Positions 1 through 10,174 of a DNA stretch of 64,000 bases are shown here, one piece after another. Numbering within the stretch: position 1 is the first letter of the stretch; every line of letters starts with the position of its first letter. Below the pieces are notes generated by a model. That model was not told the origin of the DNA. It saw nothing but the letters and a program-made list of their open reading frames with translations, and did no database searches. The position numbers and the translations under genes are program-made. Source of the DNA: Candidatus Nanohalobium sp. (GTDB lineage: Archaea > Nanohalarchaeota > Nanosalinia > Nanosalinales > Nanosalinaceae); contig JBDGSL010000002.1 in the NCBI GenBank assembly GCA_042217555.1, positions 79,343 to 143,342 of the forward strand, read 5' to 3'.

Positions 1-1100
1 GAGATCGTAAAGCTGCTCTGTATATTTTTAAAGTTTTTAACTTTTATTGTAGTATTTCTACCATTAAATAAAGCGCTTTTGCTTCCTCCCACTCCGGCAT
101 ATCCTAGTTTAGGATCATACTCATCGCTTGAGGTGTTTGTGCCCAATATACCGTCTCTATTTTTGGAAGAAAGATCCTCTACTATTTGACCTGAGGTTTC
201 GTGCAGCGGCCACCATCCGACCAGGCCTGATTGAAGGGTGTCGCCTGGCCCGATTCTTTGCTCGGTGTTGCGCTGGTAAAGTTTCTGGACTTCTTTGGTG
301 GAGAGGGCGCGGTCGTAGATGCGTACAGAGTCGATGGAGCCGTTGAAGTTGTAACTGTTGTCTTTTAGTGCTCCAATTGTTAAGGGGGTGTCATTCGGTT
401 TCAGATCAAGAGATACTTGATTGTTTTGACTGTCTTTGTTTCCGTCTACGTATACTGTTGTTGTGTTTGTGGCATCGTTGTGTGTCATGGAGATGTGGTG
501 CCATGTGCCGTCAGTTACGTCTGTATCTCCATCTGCTGCTTGGGAAGCGCTCCATGTTGTTCCGTCTCCGATCAGCCCTCTTACTGTTCCATTGGATAGT
601 ATAATCAGCTGGTACGTGAATGTCTTTCTAACTATTTTCATATTGGAGTCTTCTTCGCTTTTCACCCATGCACTGATGCTCACTTCATTTTTAGCATCCA
701 GTGCACTAGTATCGTTTACTTCAACCAAATCATCTGCGCCATCAAAACTAAGTGAGTGACTCCCAATTCTGGAGCTTGTGTTCCATGCCGGGTCGCTGGT
801 TCCGGTAGAGGTGTTGCTTCCTAGTATTCCGTTGTTGTTTAGTGCTGAGTCGTTGGCGTACTGTCCGCGTCCCTCATCAAATTTGTAGTATGCGATTAGG
901 CCTTGTGTTATGCTGCCGTATTTGTAGCCCTGTGTTAGTTTGTTGTCGGGGTGGTCTTGTATGCCGTCCCATGTTACTCCTGAGTGGTCGGCGGCGTTTC
1001 TCCAGCCGTAGCTCTGTCGGTATTCCTGGTTGAGTGCTGTTGCTGTTCCGGTGAGTAGGAGTAGTGCTAGGATTGCTGAGAATGTTTTTCCTTTATTCAT
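1..1100 (-). CDS. Secreted LamG (concanavalin-like) repeat protein, runs off window start
   Basis: Manual translation from ATG at 1100: signal peptide MNKGKTFSAILALLLLTGTATA, then LamG motifs GLIAYYKFDEG, ISAWVK, WHHI, VYVDG, FNGSIDSVRIYDRALS and a second repeat GLVGWWPL. Confidence 0.85.
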   Translation of the reverse strand, partial: MNKGKTFSAILALLLLTGTATALNQEYRQSYGWRNAADHSGVTWDGIQDHPDNKLTQGYKYGSITQGLIAYYKFDEGRGQYANDSALNNNGILGSNTSTGTSDPAWNTSSRIGSHSLSFDGADDLVEVNDTSALDAKNEVSISAWVKSEEDSNMKIVRKTFTYQLIILSNGTVRGLIGDGTTWSASQAADGDTDVTDGTWHHISMTHNDATNTTTVYVDGNKDSQNNQVSLDLKPNDTPLTIGALKDNSYNFNGSIDSVRIYDRALSTKEVQKLYQRNTEQRIGPGDTLQSGLVGWWPLHETSGQIVEDLSSKNRDGILGTNTSSDEYDPKLGYAGVGGSKSALFNGRNTTIKVKNFKNIQSSFTI

Positions 1101-1382
1101 GTATTGAAGTCCTTGTGTTGTTCTACGGTTTCTTTGTTTTTTATCTGGTGTGGTTGAGGGAGAGAGGGTTAGAACTTGTTCACAGGCCGGTGTTTCTTGA
1201 TGTGTTTATGTGTTCTGTCTTGTTTCTTTTTAGTTTTCGGCCCTGAGGTTGCATGTTTTCATTTGGAAGGTGTTCTGGAGTTAGTGTTTCTTGTTAGTTT
1301 GATTTTGGTGCTAAGTGTTCAACCGCTGATAAGTCTTTTGGCTGTTAGCACTAAAACAGCCCTGTTTTGGTGCTTATTTTTT

Positions 1383-1610
1383 ATGGCTAAAGATATGTCG
1401 GAGGAAACTAATGGAATGAGCTACAACACTTCCAATAGAGCTGTCCGACAGCTTATTGAGGACGGTATTATAGATCAGGTAGGGTCTAGGCAGAGAAATA
1501 AGAGGTACAAGTGTCAGGAGCTTCTTGATATACTTGAGGAGGAAGACATGAGGTTTGAGGAAGAAGAGAAAAGACAGATAAGTCTTACCGAGACAGAGGA
1601 AGAGCTTTAA
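1383..1610 (+). pseudogene. Winged-HTH fragment resembling the C-terminus of Fic-family proteins
   Basis: SYNTSNRAVRQLIEDGII...QRNKRYKCQELLDIL; no N-terminal domain. Confidence 0.4.
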
Positions 1611-1614
1611 GCAT

Positions 1615-2043
1615 TTATCGTGTGATCTTGATCGGTTGTGATGGGAAGATGTATTCTCCGTTGGTTGTCATGTAGAGGTTCATGTTTTTCCGGGTTTTGG
1701 TCTGGTTGCCGGGTACTTCGTAGGTTGGGCCGTTGAAGGGGTTGGCTTCGACTGTGTATGTGATGGTCCAGTTGTACATTTGGGTGTTTCCTATCTGTAC
1801 TGTCTGAATGTTTTCTGTTGAAAGGTTGTAGGTGAATGGGTAGCTGAGTGGTCCGTTTTGAAGGTAGTTTTTACCGTTTTCTATGGCTGTTTCCCTGTCT
1901 ACCTTGTCTGTTGGGGTTTCCGGTTTCTGGATGTTCTGTTCCTGTGGTTGGAGTGTCTGTGAGGTTATGAAGCCTGTTGCGAAGAAGGCTGCGAGCAGTG
2001 TGCCGATGATTATCTGTTGCAGGGGTAGTTGTTCGGTTTCCAT
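1615..2043 (-). CDS. Membrane-anchored hypothetical protein
   Basis: N-terminal hydrophobic segment, 142-aa open frame. Confidence 0.65.
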   Translation of the reverse strand: METEQLPLQQIIIGTLLAAFFATGFITSQTLQPQEQNIQKPETPTDKVDRETAIENGKNYLQNGPLSYPFTYNLSTENIQTVQIGNTQMYNWTITYTVEANPFNGPTYEVPGNQTKTRKNMNLYMTTNGEYIFPSQPIKITR

Positions 2044-2098
2044 GTCTGGTTTTTTGTTGGGTATGGTTTTTATTTTGTCCGTGTCTAATTTCTGTGTG

Positions 2099-2581
2099 AT
2101 GGTCGGGAAGGGGCAGTCTTCTATAGAGTATCTTACGACGTATGGATGGATGATACTGGCTGTAGCGGTTGTGGGAGGTGTAGCTTACGATAATATAGGT
2201 TCTAGCTGTACGCGTTCTTTTTCCGGTTTTTACAGTGGTGATGTTGAGGTGAAGAATTTTGGTGTGGATGGGGATGGAAGTTTCAAGGTCTCTCTTGAGA
2301 ACGAGAAGTATTATACCCTGGAGGTGAAAAGGTTTAACGTGAGTTCTGAGGATTCCTCGCGTTACAAGGATTTAAGCGTGTCTATCAGTCCTGGAGGTGT
2401 GGCGCAGTTGAGTGTTCCTGGTTATTCGCATGCTGAGACGTGTAAAACCCTGGATGTTGAGATGGTGTATGATAAAGGGCCTTTGAAGGGTCAGGTGTTG
2501 AGGGGTACTGTACGTGCGCCTATAAGTATTGATGCGGTTGCTGTTCCGGCGGCTCCTTACTCGCTGGGGGCGGAGGCCTGA
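2099..2581 (+). CDS. Class III signal peptide (pilin-like) protein
   Basis: MVGKGQSSIEYLTTYGWMILAVAVVGG prepilin-type motif; start moved to ATG 2099. Confidence 0.8.
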   Translation: MVGKGQSSIEYLTTYGWMILAVAVVGGVAYDNIGSSCTRSFSGFYSGDVEVKNFGVDGDGSFKVSLENEKYYTLEVKRFNVSSEDSSRYKDLSVSISPGGVAQLSVPGYSHAETCKTLDVEMVYDKGPLKGQVLRGTVRAPISIDAVAVPAAPYSLGAEA

Positions 2582-2587
2582 GAAGCT

Positions 2588-2995
2588 ATGTACGAGTTGC
2601 TTGGTCATACGGCGGATGAGAAGTTTAGGGTGAGGGCTGGTTCTCTGGAGGAGGCTTTTTCTGAGGTTACGAGGGCTTTCTCTGAAGTTGTCAAGGGTGA
2701 TAGGGGGAGTGGTGTTCACAGTGTTTCGGTTGAGTCGGAGAGCTTGGAGGCGTTGCTGTTTGATTTTCTGGATCGGCTTATCTTTCTGCAGGATACTGAG
2801 GGTGTTGCTGTTTCACATGCTGAGAGCTTGGATGTGGAGGAGACGGAGAATGGTTACAGGCTTGAGGCGGATGTGGCTGTGGATTCGATCACTTCTGGTA
2901 TGAACTTCACTGATGTTAAGGCTCCTACCTACAACGAGATGAGGGTTGATTATGAGGACGGTCAGTGGGTGCTTGAAGCAGTCCTCGATGTGTAG
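2588..2995 (+). CDS. Archease
   Basis: HTAD and KAPTY motifs, C-terminal VLDV, adjacent to rtcB. Confidence 0.93.
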   Translation: MYELLGHTADEKFRVRAGSLEEAFSEVTRAFSEVVKGDRGSGVHSVSVESESLEALLFDFLDRLIFLQDTEGVAVSHAESLDVEETENGYRLEADVAVDSITSGMNFTDVKAPTYNEMRVDYEDGQWVLEAVLDV

Positions 2996-3037
2996 TCCGA
3001 ACCAAACTTAACCGTTCCGCCCGCCTAGAAACAATAT

Positions 3038-5884
3038 ATGGAGCTCAACAAAGTATCCGAAAACATCTACGAAATACCTCAAAAAGGAGATATGAACAAG
3101 CCAGGAAGGGTTTACGCAAACGAAGAACTCCTGGAAGAAATCAAACAGGACGACACACTACAACAAGTCAAAAACATGGCTACACTGCCCGGACTGGAAA
3201 AATACTCAATCGTCATGCCAGACGGCCACCAGGGCTACGGATTCCCCATCGGGGGAGTCGCAGCAGTAAACAAGGAAAACGGAGTTATAAGCCCGGGAGG
3301 AATCGGCTACGATATAAATTGCTTAACGGAAGATTCGGAAGTTTTACTGGATAATGGGAGGCGAAAAAGCATTTCAGAACTTAAAGACAGTTTTGATGGT
3401 GAGAAAGCAGTGGTAGCTGCGGATAAAACAGTTAAGTCAGATATAATGCTGTTTACAGAGAATGAGGATAAGAAAGTATTTGAAGTGGAGACTGAGACAG
3501 GAGAAACTATCGAGGCTACTGCTGATCATCCTTTTATGACTGAAGAAGGAATGGTTGAACTGGAAGATCTCTCTGAAGGATCACAAATCTTCGTCCGTCC
3601 CTTTAAAGGCGTCCAAGATTCTGAACCTGAAGAGTTCACTATCTTAGATGAAGAAGATTTCCAAGACGAAAACCACCAACTGGTGGCGGCACTAAAGGAA
3701 AGGAATCTACTTCCATTGAAATCAACTGATGAAAAACTAAATACTTTGCTCAAACTAGTCGGATTCCATACGGGCGACGGGTCTTTCAACAACCACGGTG
3801 AGACAACTTTCTATGCTGAAAAAGAAGACTTAGAAGTAATTCAGAAAGATATAAAGAGACTAGGTTTCAAGCCTTCAAAGATTTACTTCAGAGACAGAGA
3901 CCACTCGGTTAAAGACCACGAGTTTTCAAGAACAGAACATTCAGTGAAGTCAACTTCTAGAGCCTTTCAGAAGCTTATGATTAAACTCGGGGCGCCTAAA
4001 GGAAGGAAGACGCAGCAAGAGTTTACTACTCCAAACTATCTGCAAAGACTGGAGAAATGGCAGAAAGCGCTCTACCTATCAGCCTTCTTTGGAGCAGAAA
4101 TGAGTTCTCCTTCAGCGAGCCAACGGAAAAACCTTTACTGTCCGAAAATCTCTCAGAACAAGTCGATTGAAGCACAGGATTCGGGTAGAAAGTTCATGAA
4201 GGAAGTAAAGGAGATGCTGAATGAACTTGATATCAAAACCAATAGCATGGAAGAGTTTGAGACAGAGGAAAATAGCTACGGAAAAGTCAAAAGATTCAGA
4301 CTGGGCATCAAAAATGATTCTGAGAATCTGCTTAACTTCTTCCAGAAGATAGGGTATAGATATAATTTGGAGAAGAGTAAGAAGTCTATCAAAGCCGTTC
4401 AGTATCTCAAAAAGAAGCATAAAGCAATCCAGCGAAGAGAAAAGATAGCACAAGAGAGTATAGAACTCTATGAGTCCGGAGAACAACCCAAGAAAATCAA
4501 GCAAAAATTCGATATCAATGAAAGGTTCATAGAAAGAAGCATCTACAGCGGGCGAAAAACTGTTTCTAGGCCTCCAAAAAGTTTCCCGGATTATGACGAA
4601 TACGTCAAACAGATAGGAGTTCACGACAATCTAGCTGTCAAGACATCAATCAAAAGCATCGAAGAAAAAGGAAGGGAAACTGTCTACGACATAGGAGTAA
4701 AACACGAAGCACACAACTTCATAGCAAACCAATTTATTGTATCTAACTGCGGCGTACGTGTCCTAAAAACAGATTTAAGCTATGAAGAGATAAGAGGAAA
4801 GGAGCAACAGCTCGCAAATATACTATTCAATAAGGTACCGTGTGGTCTTGGGAAAGGAGGGTATATCGACCTTGAAGAAGAGGAACTGGACGAGATACTG
4901 GATAAGGGCATGGAATGGATGCTGGAGAACGGCCATGCAACGGAAGAAGACCTGAAGCACTGCGAGGAGAACGGAAGACTGGAATGTGACGCTTCCAAGG
5001 TTCCTGAAGACGCCAAAAAGAGAGGGATTAAACAGGTAGGCTCTCTAGGTTCAGGAAATCACTTCCTGGAAGTGCAGAGAGTGGAAAACGTGTTTAACGA
5101 GGAGAAAGCAGAGGCCTATGGCCTGGAAGAAGGCCAGATCCTAGTCATGATCCACTCTGGCTCCCGTGGACTCGGACATCAGACATGTACAGAGTACCTG
5201 AGAAAGTTCGAGAAAAACTACCCGGAGATAGTAGAGTCTCTTCCGGAAAAAGAACTTATCTACGCACCGCTCGGCGACGAACTCGCACAGGACTACAAGA
5301 ACGCGATGTTCGCAGCAGCAAACTATGCCTGGGCCAATCGACAGGGCATAACTGAAGCGGTCAGAGAAAGCCTGGACACACTGTTCGGCGATACTGAAAC
5401 AGAGCTGGTCTACGACGTCTGCCATAACATCGCCAAGGAAGAAAAGCATGAAGTCGACGGAGAAGAGAAAGAATTGCTGGTTCATCGAAAAGGAGCGACC
5501 AGAGCCATGCCTTCGGGACGACCAGAAGTACCGGAAGCATACAGCGAGGCAGGGCAACCAGTACTACTTCCTGGAAGCATGGGAACCAGCAGCTACATAC
5601 TCTCAGGCGGACAAAACTCACTGGAACTATCCTTCGGCTCAACTGCTCACGGCGCAGGACGGCTCAAATCAAGGACACAGTCCAAAAAAGACTACAGGGC
5701 AGCCGACGTACAGAGAGAACTCAAAAGAGACCAGATCTTCGTCAAAGCAGCCTCGGGAGAAACCATAGAAGAAGAAGCGCCCGGCAGCTACAAAGACGTC
5801 GACGAAGTAATCAAAGTCTCAGACGAACTTGGAATTGGGGAGAAAGTAGTCCAGATGAAGCCGATAGTGAATGTTAAGGGCTGA
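3038..5884 (+). CDS. rtcB: RtcB tRNA-splicing ligase, intein-containing
   Basis: MPDGHQGYGFPIG, GYDIN/CGVR, GSGNHFLE, HSGSRG, HNIA, HGAGR motifs. Confidence 0.97.
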   Translation: MELNKVSENIYEIPQKGDMNKPGRVYANEELLEEIKQDDTLQQVKNMATLPGLEKYSIVMPDGHQGYGFPIGGVAAVNKENGVISPGGIGYDINCLTEDSEVLLDNGRRKSISELKDSFDGEKAVVAADKTVKSDIMLFTENEDKKVFEVETETGETIEATADHPFMTEEGMVELEDLSEGSQIFVRPFKGVQDSEPEEFTILDEEDFQDENHQLVAALKERNLLPLKSTDEKLNTLLKLVGFHTGDGSFNNHGETTFYAEKEDLEVIQKDIKRLGFKPSKIYFRDRDHSVKDHEFSRTEHSVKSTSRAFQKLMIKLGAPKGRKTQQEFTTPNYLQRLEKWQKALYLSAFFGAEMSSPSASQRKNLYCPKISQNKSIEAQDSGRKFMKEVKEMLNELDIKTNSMEEFETEENSYGKVKRFRLGIKNDSENLLNFFQKIGYRYNLEKSKKSIKAVQYLKKKHKAIQRREKIAQESIELYESGEQPKKIKQKFDINERFIERSIYSGRKTVSRPPKSFPDYDEYVKQIGVHDNLAVKTSIKSIEEKGRETVYDIGVKHEAHNFIANQFIVSNCGVRVLKTDLSYEEIRGKEQQLANILFNKVPCGLGKGGYIDLEEEELDEILDKGMEWMLENGHATEEDLKHCEENGRLECDASKVPEDAKKRGIKQVGSLGSGNHFLEVQRVENVFNEEKAEAYGLEEGQILVMIHSGSRGLGHQTCTEYLRKFEKNYPEIVESLPEKELIYAPLGDELAQDYKNAMFAAANYAWANRQGITEAVRESLDTLFGDTETELVYDVCHNIAKEEKHEVDGEEKELLVHRKGATRAMPSGRPEVPEAYSEAGQPVLLPGSMGTSSYILSGGQNSLELSFGSTAHGAGRLKSRTQSKKDYRAADVQRELKRDQIFVKAASGETIEEEAPGSYKDVDEVIKVSDELGIGEKVVQMKPIVNVKG
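3320..4747 (+). mobile_element. Intein with LAGLIDADG homing endonuclease (476 aa) in RtcB
   Basis: Begins CLTEDS, block B ATADHPF, LAGLIDADG-like LVGFHTGDG and YLSAFFGAE, ends HNFIANQFIVSN before +1 Cys. Confidence 0.95.
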
Positions 5885-6289
5885 AGGCAAAGTAATAAAC
5901 ATCTGGAAGTTTTTTACTCTTGGAAGATTAATTCTACTGTATGTCCAACATTGACAATCCTCTCCAGAATCTGAAGAAATTGAGGAGTGAAATTACTTTT
6001 TCCTCAGAAGAAATTAATCGTATGATTGAAAATTCAAAGAAGGATTGGGGCAGGTAAATCAGTGTTAGAATTTATGATTTGGGGTAGATAACAGCTGTAC
6101 AGAATATACTTCATTAATACGCCTTTCAAGGAGAGTAGGACAAATAGCAATTTGTTTCAGCAGTTTCCGATGGCTTTATGAGGAAACTGAGCTTGTAGAA
6201 AATGAATTGGGTCTCTGAAACTATTATGATCTTCAGATTCTCTATCAGTAATTTCACATTACTATAATGAGATTAACGGAAATTGGTCG

Positions 6290-6391
6290 AAAATCGTATA
6301 CAATCAATCTATAACTCAATCTAAACTTGAGAGACTGAATATCATGAGGGGTGAGGATTGGACGGTTAGTGGTTGTAAGTTGACAGGGTAG
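6290..6391 (+). pseudogene. 3' remnant of a pilin-LamG paralogue
   Basis: Encodes VYNQSITQSKLERL...VSGCKLTG*, matching the C-terminus of 8089..9462. Confidence 0.7.
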
Positions 6392-6435
6392 TGGGAAAGG
6401 TTAGTTTTTAGAAAATTGAATTATAACAAGGTAAC

Positions 6436-6630
6436 ATGGCTACTGATACTTTGAGTGATAGAATCTCGAATATTGAGATGGAGTTGGAGGCTGTGAAGCG
6501 GAAGATTTCTGGCAATAGGAAACGCTTCTTGGAATCTGCTGGTTCTTGGAGTGATTTTGATGCGGAAGAGTTCAAAGAAAGAGTTAGGAAGGAAAGAAAC
6601 AGGTCTGTAAGCGACAAGGTTGAGCTTTAA
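6436..6630 (+). CDS. Putative VapB-type antitoxin
   Basis: Short ORF (FLESAGSWSD) directly upstream of a PIN toxin. Confidence 0.7.
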   Translation: MATDTLSDRISNIEMELEAVKRKISGNRKRFLESAGSWSDFDAEEFKERVRKERNRSVSDKVEL

Positions 6631-7017
6631 ATGGGTTATTTGATTGATACTGATTGGGCTGTAGATTACCTGAAAGGAGTCGATGAAAAAGTAAAGTTCC
6701 TTCAGAGTCATGAAGAACTTTACATCTCCACATTAACAGTTGGAGAGCTTGTCGAAGGGATCGAAGACTCTAGCAGTAGAGAACAGAGAATGAATAGTCT
6801 GGAAGACTTTCTATCAGGAATAACGGTTTTAGCATTTACAAAACAGATTGGAGTAGAGTTCGGAAAGATTAGAAACAAACTACGGAAAGAAGGCGAAATG
6901 ATTGGTGATATAGACACCATGATAGGGGCGACAGGAAAGACACATGACCTTGAAATACTGACCGACAACAAACAACACTTCCAGAAAATAAACGGAATCC
7001 AAATACACGAAGAATGA
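6631..7017 (+). CDS. vapC: VapC PIN-domain toxin
   Basis: YLIDTD, TVGEL, DTMIGAT, LTDNKQHF. Confidence 0.9.
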   Translation: MGYLIDTDWAVDYLKGVDEKVKFLQSHEELYISTLTVGELVEGIEDSSSREQRMNSLEDFLSGITVLAFTKQIGVEFGKIRNKLRKEGEMIGDIDTMIGATGKTHDLEILTDNKQHFQKINGIQIHEE

Positions 7018-7331
7018 CATATTTTGAATACCACGAAGAAGACGACATAGCAGTATTTGAGTGTGGCGACTACGATAATTATGAGAGAAGTATTGATATC
7101 GCTAACTTCGTGGTAGATTTATCTCAAAGTGAAGAATTTCTTGGTCTAGAGGTAATTGGGGCGAGTGAAAGACTACCTCTCACGAAGAAACAGTTATCTC
7201 AGATCGAAGAAGTAAAGATAAACGTTCAGAAAGATGAAGGAAGCAAAATGATAACCATAGTAATGAAGCAAGGTAAGGAGAAAACTTCCCTAAATCTGCC
7301 TGTTACGGGTTTGATGAGCCAACCTGCTTAG
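7014..7331 (+). CDS. DUF2283-like protein
   Basis: YHEEDDI...VVDL...LGLEVIGAS pattern. Confidence 0.7.
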   Translation: MTYFEYHEEDDIAVFECGDYDNYERSIDIANFVVDLSQSEEFLGLEVIGASERLPLTKKQLSQIEEVKINVQKDEGSKMITIVMKQGKEKTSLNLPVTGLMSQPA

Positions 7332-7675
7332 AACTTTTCAGTTTAGGTATTCTACCTGAGTGCAGTGACTGTATCCGAAGAATTAATTTCGATAGAACTT
7401 CAGACTAAGTTCGAATGCCTCAGCCTCAGCCTATTTTTCTCCAAAGACGTTCAAGGCCTCTAAGAAGTTCGAAGTGAGGATTGGGCGGTTAGTGGTTGTA
7501 AGTTGACAGGATAGAGAAAGATTTTTTGTAGTTGCTGCCGTCAAATTGAGGTATGAGTGATGAGTTTTTCAGTAAAATTGTTTTGGATGAAGATGTTCGG
7601 ATTCAGATAGGATATAAGCTGGAAGGTTCCGAGATATTGAAGAAGTAGAGACAGAGATAGTCTGATTATTACAAG

Positions 7676-7939
7676 CTAGCTACTTCTCTCCTCAGCTTCT
7701 TCCAGCATTTTTCTTCCGTAGTCTGTTATTTGGTAGAATCTCCATTTTCTGTCTTCCGGATTCACTACGTTAACCATTTCTCGCTCTTTCAGTTCACCGA
7801 GCTTCGTGCTTACATTCGACTTGTCGATTTCTGTTTCTTCTGCTATCTGGACTGGGGCCATAGGTTCATCCAGCAATGCGTTCAAAATTTTTCTTCGGAG
7901 AGGGCTCCGCAACAAAAAACTCAAATCTTCCCAATCCAT
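7676..7939 (-). CDS. ArsR-like winged-HTH regulator
   Basis: RRKILNAL...SNVSTKLGELKE...YQITDYG. Confidence 0.85.
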   Translation of the reverse strand: MDWEDLSFLLRSPLRRKILNALLDEPMAPVQIAEETEIDKSNVSTKLGELKEREMVNVVNPEDRKWRFYQITDYGRKMLEEAEERSS

Positions 7940-8088
7940 CAGTCAAGAATTAGACATCTACCCAACACATGCATTGCAGTAAGCTCAAAGGTAAGTTATA
8001 CATACGCTTTAAAAATAAGGCTGGTTTTACAACAAACTGTGAACGCCAAAATCCGCCAACAATTTAAGCCAAAAAAAAAGAACAAGTT

Positions 8089-9462
8089 ATGGTGTCTTGG
8101 AAGGGACAGTCGGCAATCGAGTATCTGACTACCTACGGCTGGATGTTGCTGGTTATCGCTATTGTCGGAGGCAGTATTTTTACGACTGTTATGGGTTCTA
8201 CCGGCATCCAAAGTGTCTCCGGTTTAACTAATGCTGATGTTCGGGTCTCAGACTTTGGGCTGAATCAAAATGGGTTACAACTGAGCTTGAGGAGTGCTGC
8301 AGTAGAACAAGTAGAAATACAGAAAGTAACAATAACCGACCCAAGAACAGGAATATCAGCTGACATACAAGTCTCCAAAACAGTTCCAATAGGTGAAACA
8401 ACAACCGTTAATTTACAAGATGTTCAAACCACAGATACTTCCGACACTTATGACTTGGATATAACCTACAACACTGGCAGTTTGAATGGGTTAGTAGCAG
8501 AAGGTAAAATAACAGGAAACTTCGGAGTATTCAACCGGATTTCACTGGAAAACGCCAAATTCAACCGTTCCACCAACACACTACAGATAGATGTGAAGAA
8601 TACGGGTGACAACACAACAAACTCAATTTCTTACACTGTTGAAGCCAACAATACTGACTACACAGGCAGTTTACCCAACCTAGACGCAGGAGAAACCAGT
8701 CAGATAAACATTACAACAGACAGAACATACCCGCTACAATCAGTCTCTCTAAATACAGAAGGAACACAGTTCGTCGACTCCAGTTCAGGGCTCAAATGCA
8801 CACCAACAAAAGGACTAGTCGGATACTGGACATTCAACCAAGAACAAACCCAGAATGGTTGGTTAGAGGACTTGTCAGATTTAGGTGTTAACGGAAGTTT
8901 AAATGGAAATCCTGAATTAGTCGAAGGAGAAGTTGGAGAGGCATATAATTTTGATGGAAGTGATGATTTCTTGGATAATTTTAACTCTGTAGAGGCTCAT
9001 AAGTGGGGAGGAGAGGATGAATGGGCAATATATACTAAAGCAGAATTTGAATCAACTGGTTCTAATGAAAGATTAATTGACTTCGGAGGCTACCAAATAG
9101 AAATATGGATTAGAAATGGAGATATTAAAGGAGGTTATTATAATGATGCCGGTAATTGGAAATGGACAACCACTTCCAGTTCAAAGAAAGGACTTATAGA
9201 TTTAGTTTATTGGAGAAAGGGAGACACTCAAAGACTGTATATTGATGGAGAGAAAGTAGCAGAAAGTAGTTATACCTCGACTCCGAACACTTCCCGAGAC
9301 GGAGGGCTAAAGCGTATAGGTATGCAGAATAATGATTATTGGACTGGGAAAGTAGACGAAATCAGGGTTTACAACAATTCCATTAGTGAAAGTGCCATCA
9401 AAAACTTAGACTCTATAAAAAGCGAGAAAGTAGCAGTTAGTGGTTGCAAGTTGACAGGGTAG
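8089..9462 (+). CDS. Class III signal peptide protein with C-terminal LamG domain
   Basis: KGQSAIEYLTTYGW; GLVGYWTF...LYIDG...GKVDEIRVYN. Confidence 0.88.
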   Translation: MVSWKGQSAIEYLTTYGWMLLVIAIVGGSIFTTVMGSTGIQSVSGLTNADVRVSDFGLNQNGLQLSLRSAAVEQVEIQKVTITDPRTGISADIQVSKTVPIGETTTVNLQDVQTTDTSDTYDLDITYNTGSLNGLVAEGKITGNFGVFNRISLENAKFNRSTNTLQIDVKNTGDNTTNSISYTVEANNTDYTGSLPNLDAGETSQINITTDRTYPLQSVSLNTEGTQFVDSSSGLKCTPTKGLVGYWTFNQEQTQNGWLEDLSDLGVNGSLNGNPELVEGEVGEAYNFDGSDDFLDNFNSVEAHKWGGEDEWAIYTKAEFESTGSNERLIDFGGYQIEIWIRNGDIKGGYYNDAGNWKWTTTSSSKKGLIDLVYWRKGDTQRLYIDGEKVAESSYTSTPNTSRDGGLKRIGMQNNDYWTGKVDEIRVYNNSISESAIKNLDSIKSEKVAVSGCKLTG

Positions 9463-9498
9463 GAAGGATTTTTGTAGTTGCTGTTCTCAAGTTTTAGC

Positions 9499-9858
9499 AT
9501 GGCGAGTGATGAGTTTTTCGATAGTTTGATTTTGGATGAGAATGTTGATTATTTGGTTGAGAAGAAGCTGGAGAACAACGGTTTTGAGTGTATCCGCTTC
9601 TTAGAAGGTGCTGAGGACAGGGATTTGATGGATTTCTGTATCGAGAAGGAGTTGCCTTTACTGACTGAGGATGATGATTTCAAGACAGATATTATTACGA
9701 TAGAACATTCAGGTATCTTGTTTGACCGTTACCTGTCGAGAAGAGATACTGACATGGTTGTTGATACTTTGGAAGAAGTTCTCTCAACTTATAACAAGGA
9801 AACTTTAAGCAACGAAATATGGCATTTATCCGACTTTTATGGCAGAGATAGTTTTTAA
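9499..9858 (+). CDS. DUF5615 PIN-like protein
   Basis: LILDENV...LLTEDDDF...HSGIL. Confidence 0.8.
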   Translation: MASDEFFDSLILDENVDYLVEKKLENNGFECIRFLEGAEDRDLMDFCIEKELPLLTEDDDFKTDIITIEHSGILFDRYLSRRDTDMVVDTLEEVLSTYNKETLSNEIWHLSDFYGRDSF

Positions 9859-10070
9859 GCGGTGACGCCTGTTTCGTTTTCTTCCTGTTTCTGTCTGTAT
9901 CGGATTGCTTCTTCTACATCTTCTGTGTCGATTGAAGGGTATCTACTGGCAATTTCTTCCGGTTCAACTCCATCCTTGTAGAGTCCGTAGAGTGTTCTGA
10001 CAGGTATCCGTGTGCCTTCGACTCGTGGTTTGCCGTGAAGCGTATCCTCTGTTTTGACAATCTTTGACAT
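9855..10070 (-). CDS. DUF433 protein
   Basis: LHGKPRVEGTRIPV...EAIRY. Confidence 0.9.
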   Translation of the reverse strand: MSKIVKTEDTLHGKPRVEGTRIPVRTLYGLYKDGVEPEEIASRYPSIDTEDVEEAIRYRQKQEENETGVTA

Positions 10071-10174
10071 GAACAAGTGAGATTCCTGAATTGTTTTATC
10101 AGTTATGGTTGTTGGAAGGGTGTTAGTTCGAAGTCTCTGTATGAGAGGATTCTCCTGAAGACTATTTCAACCCA

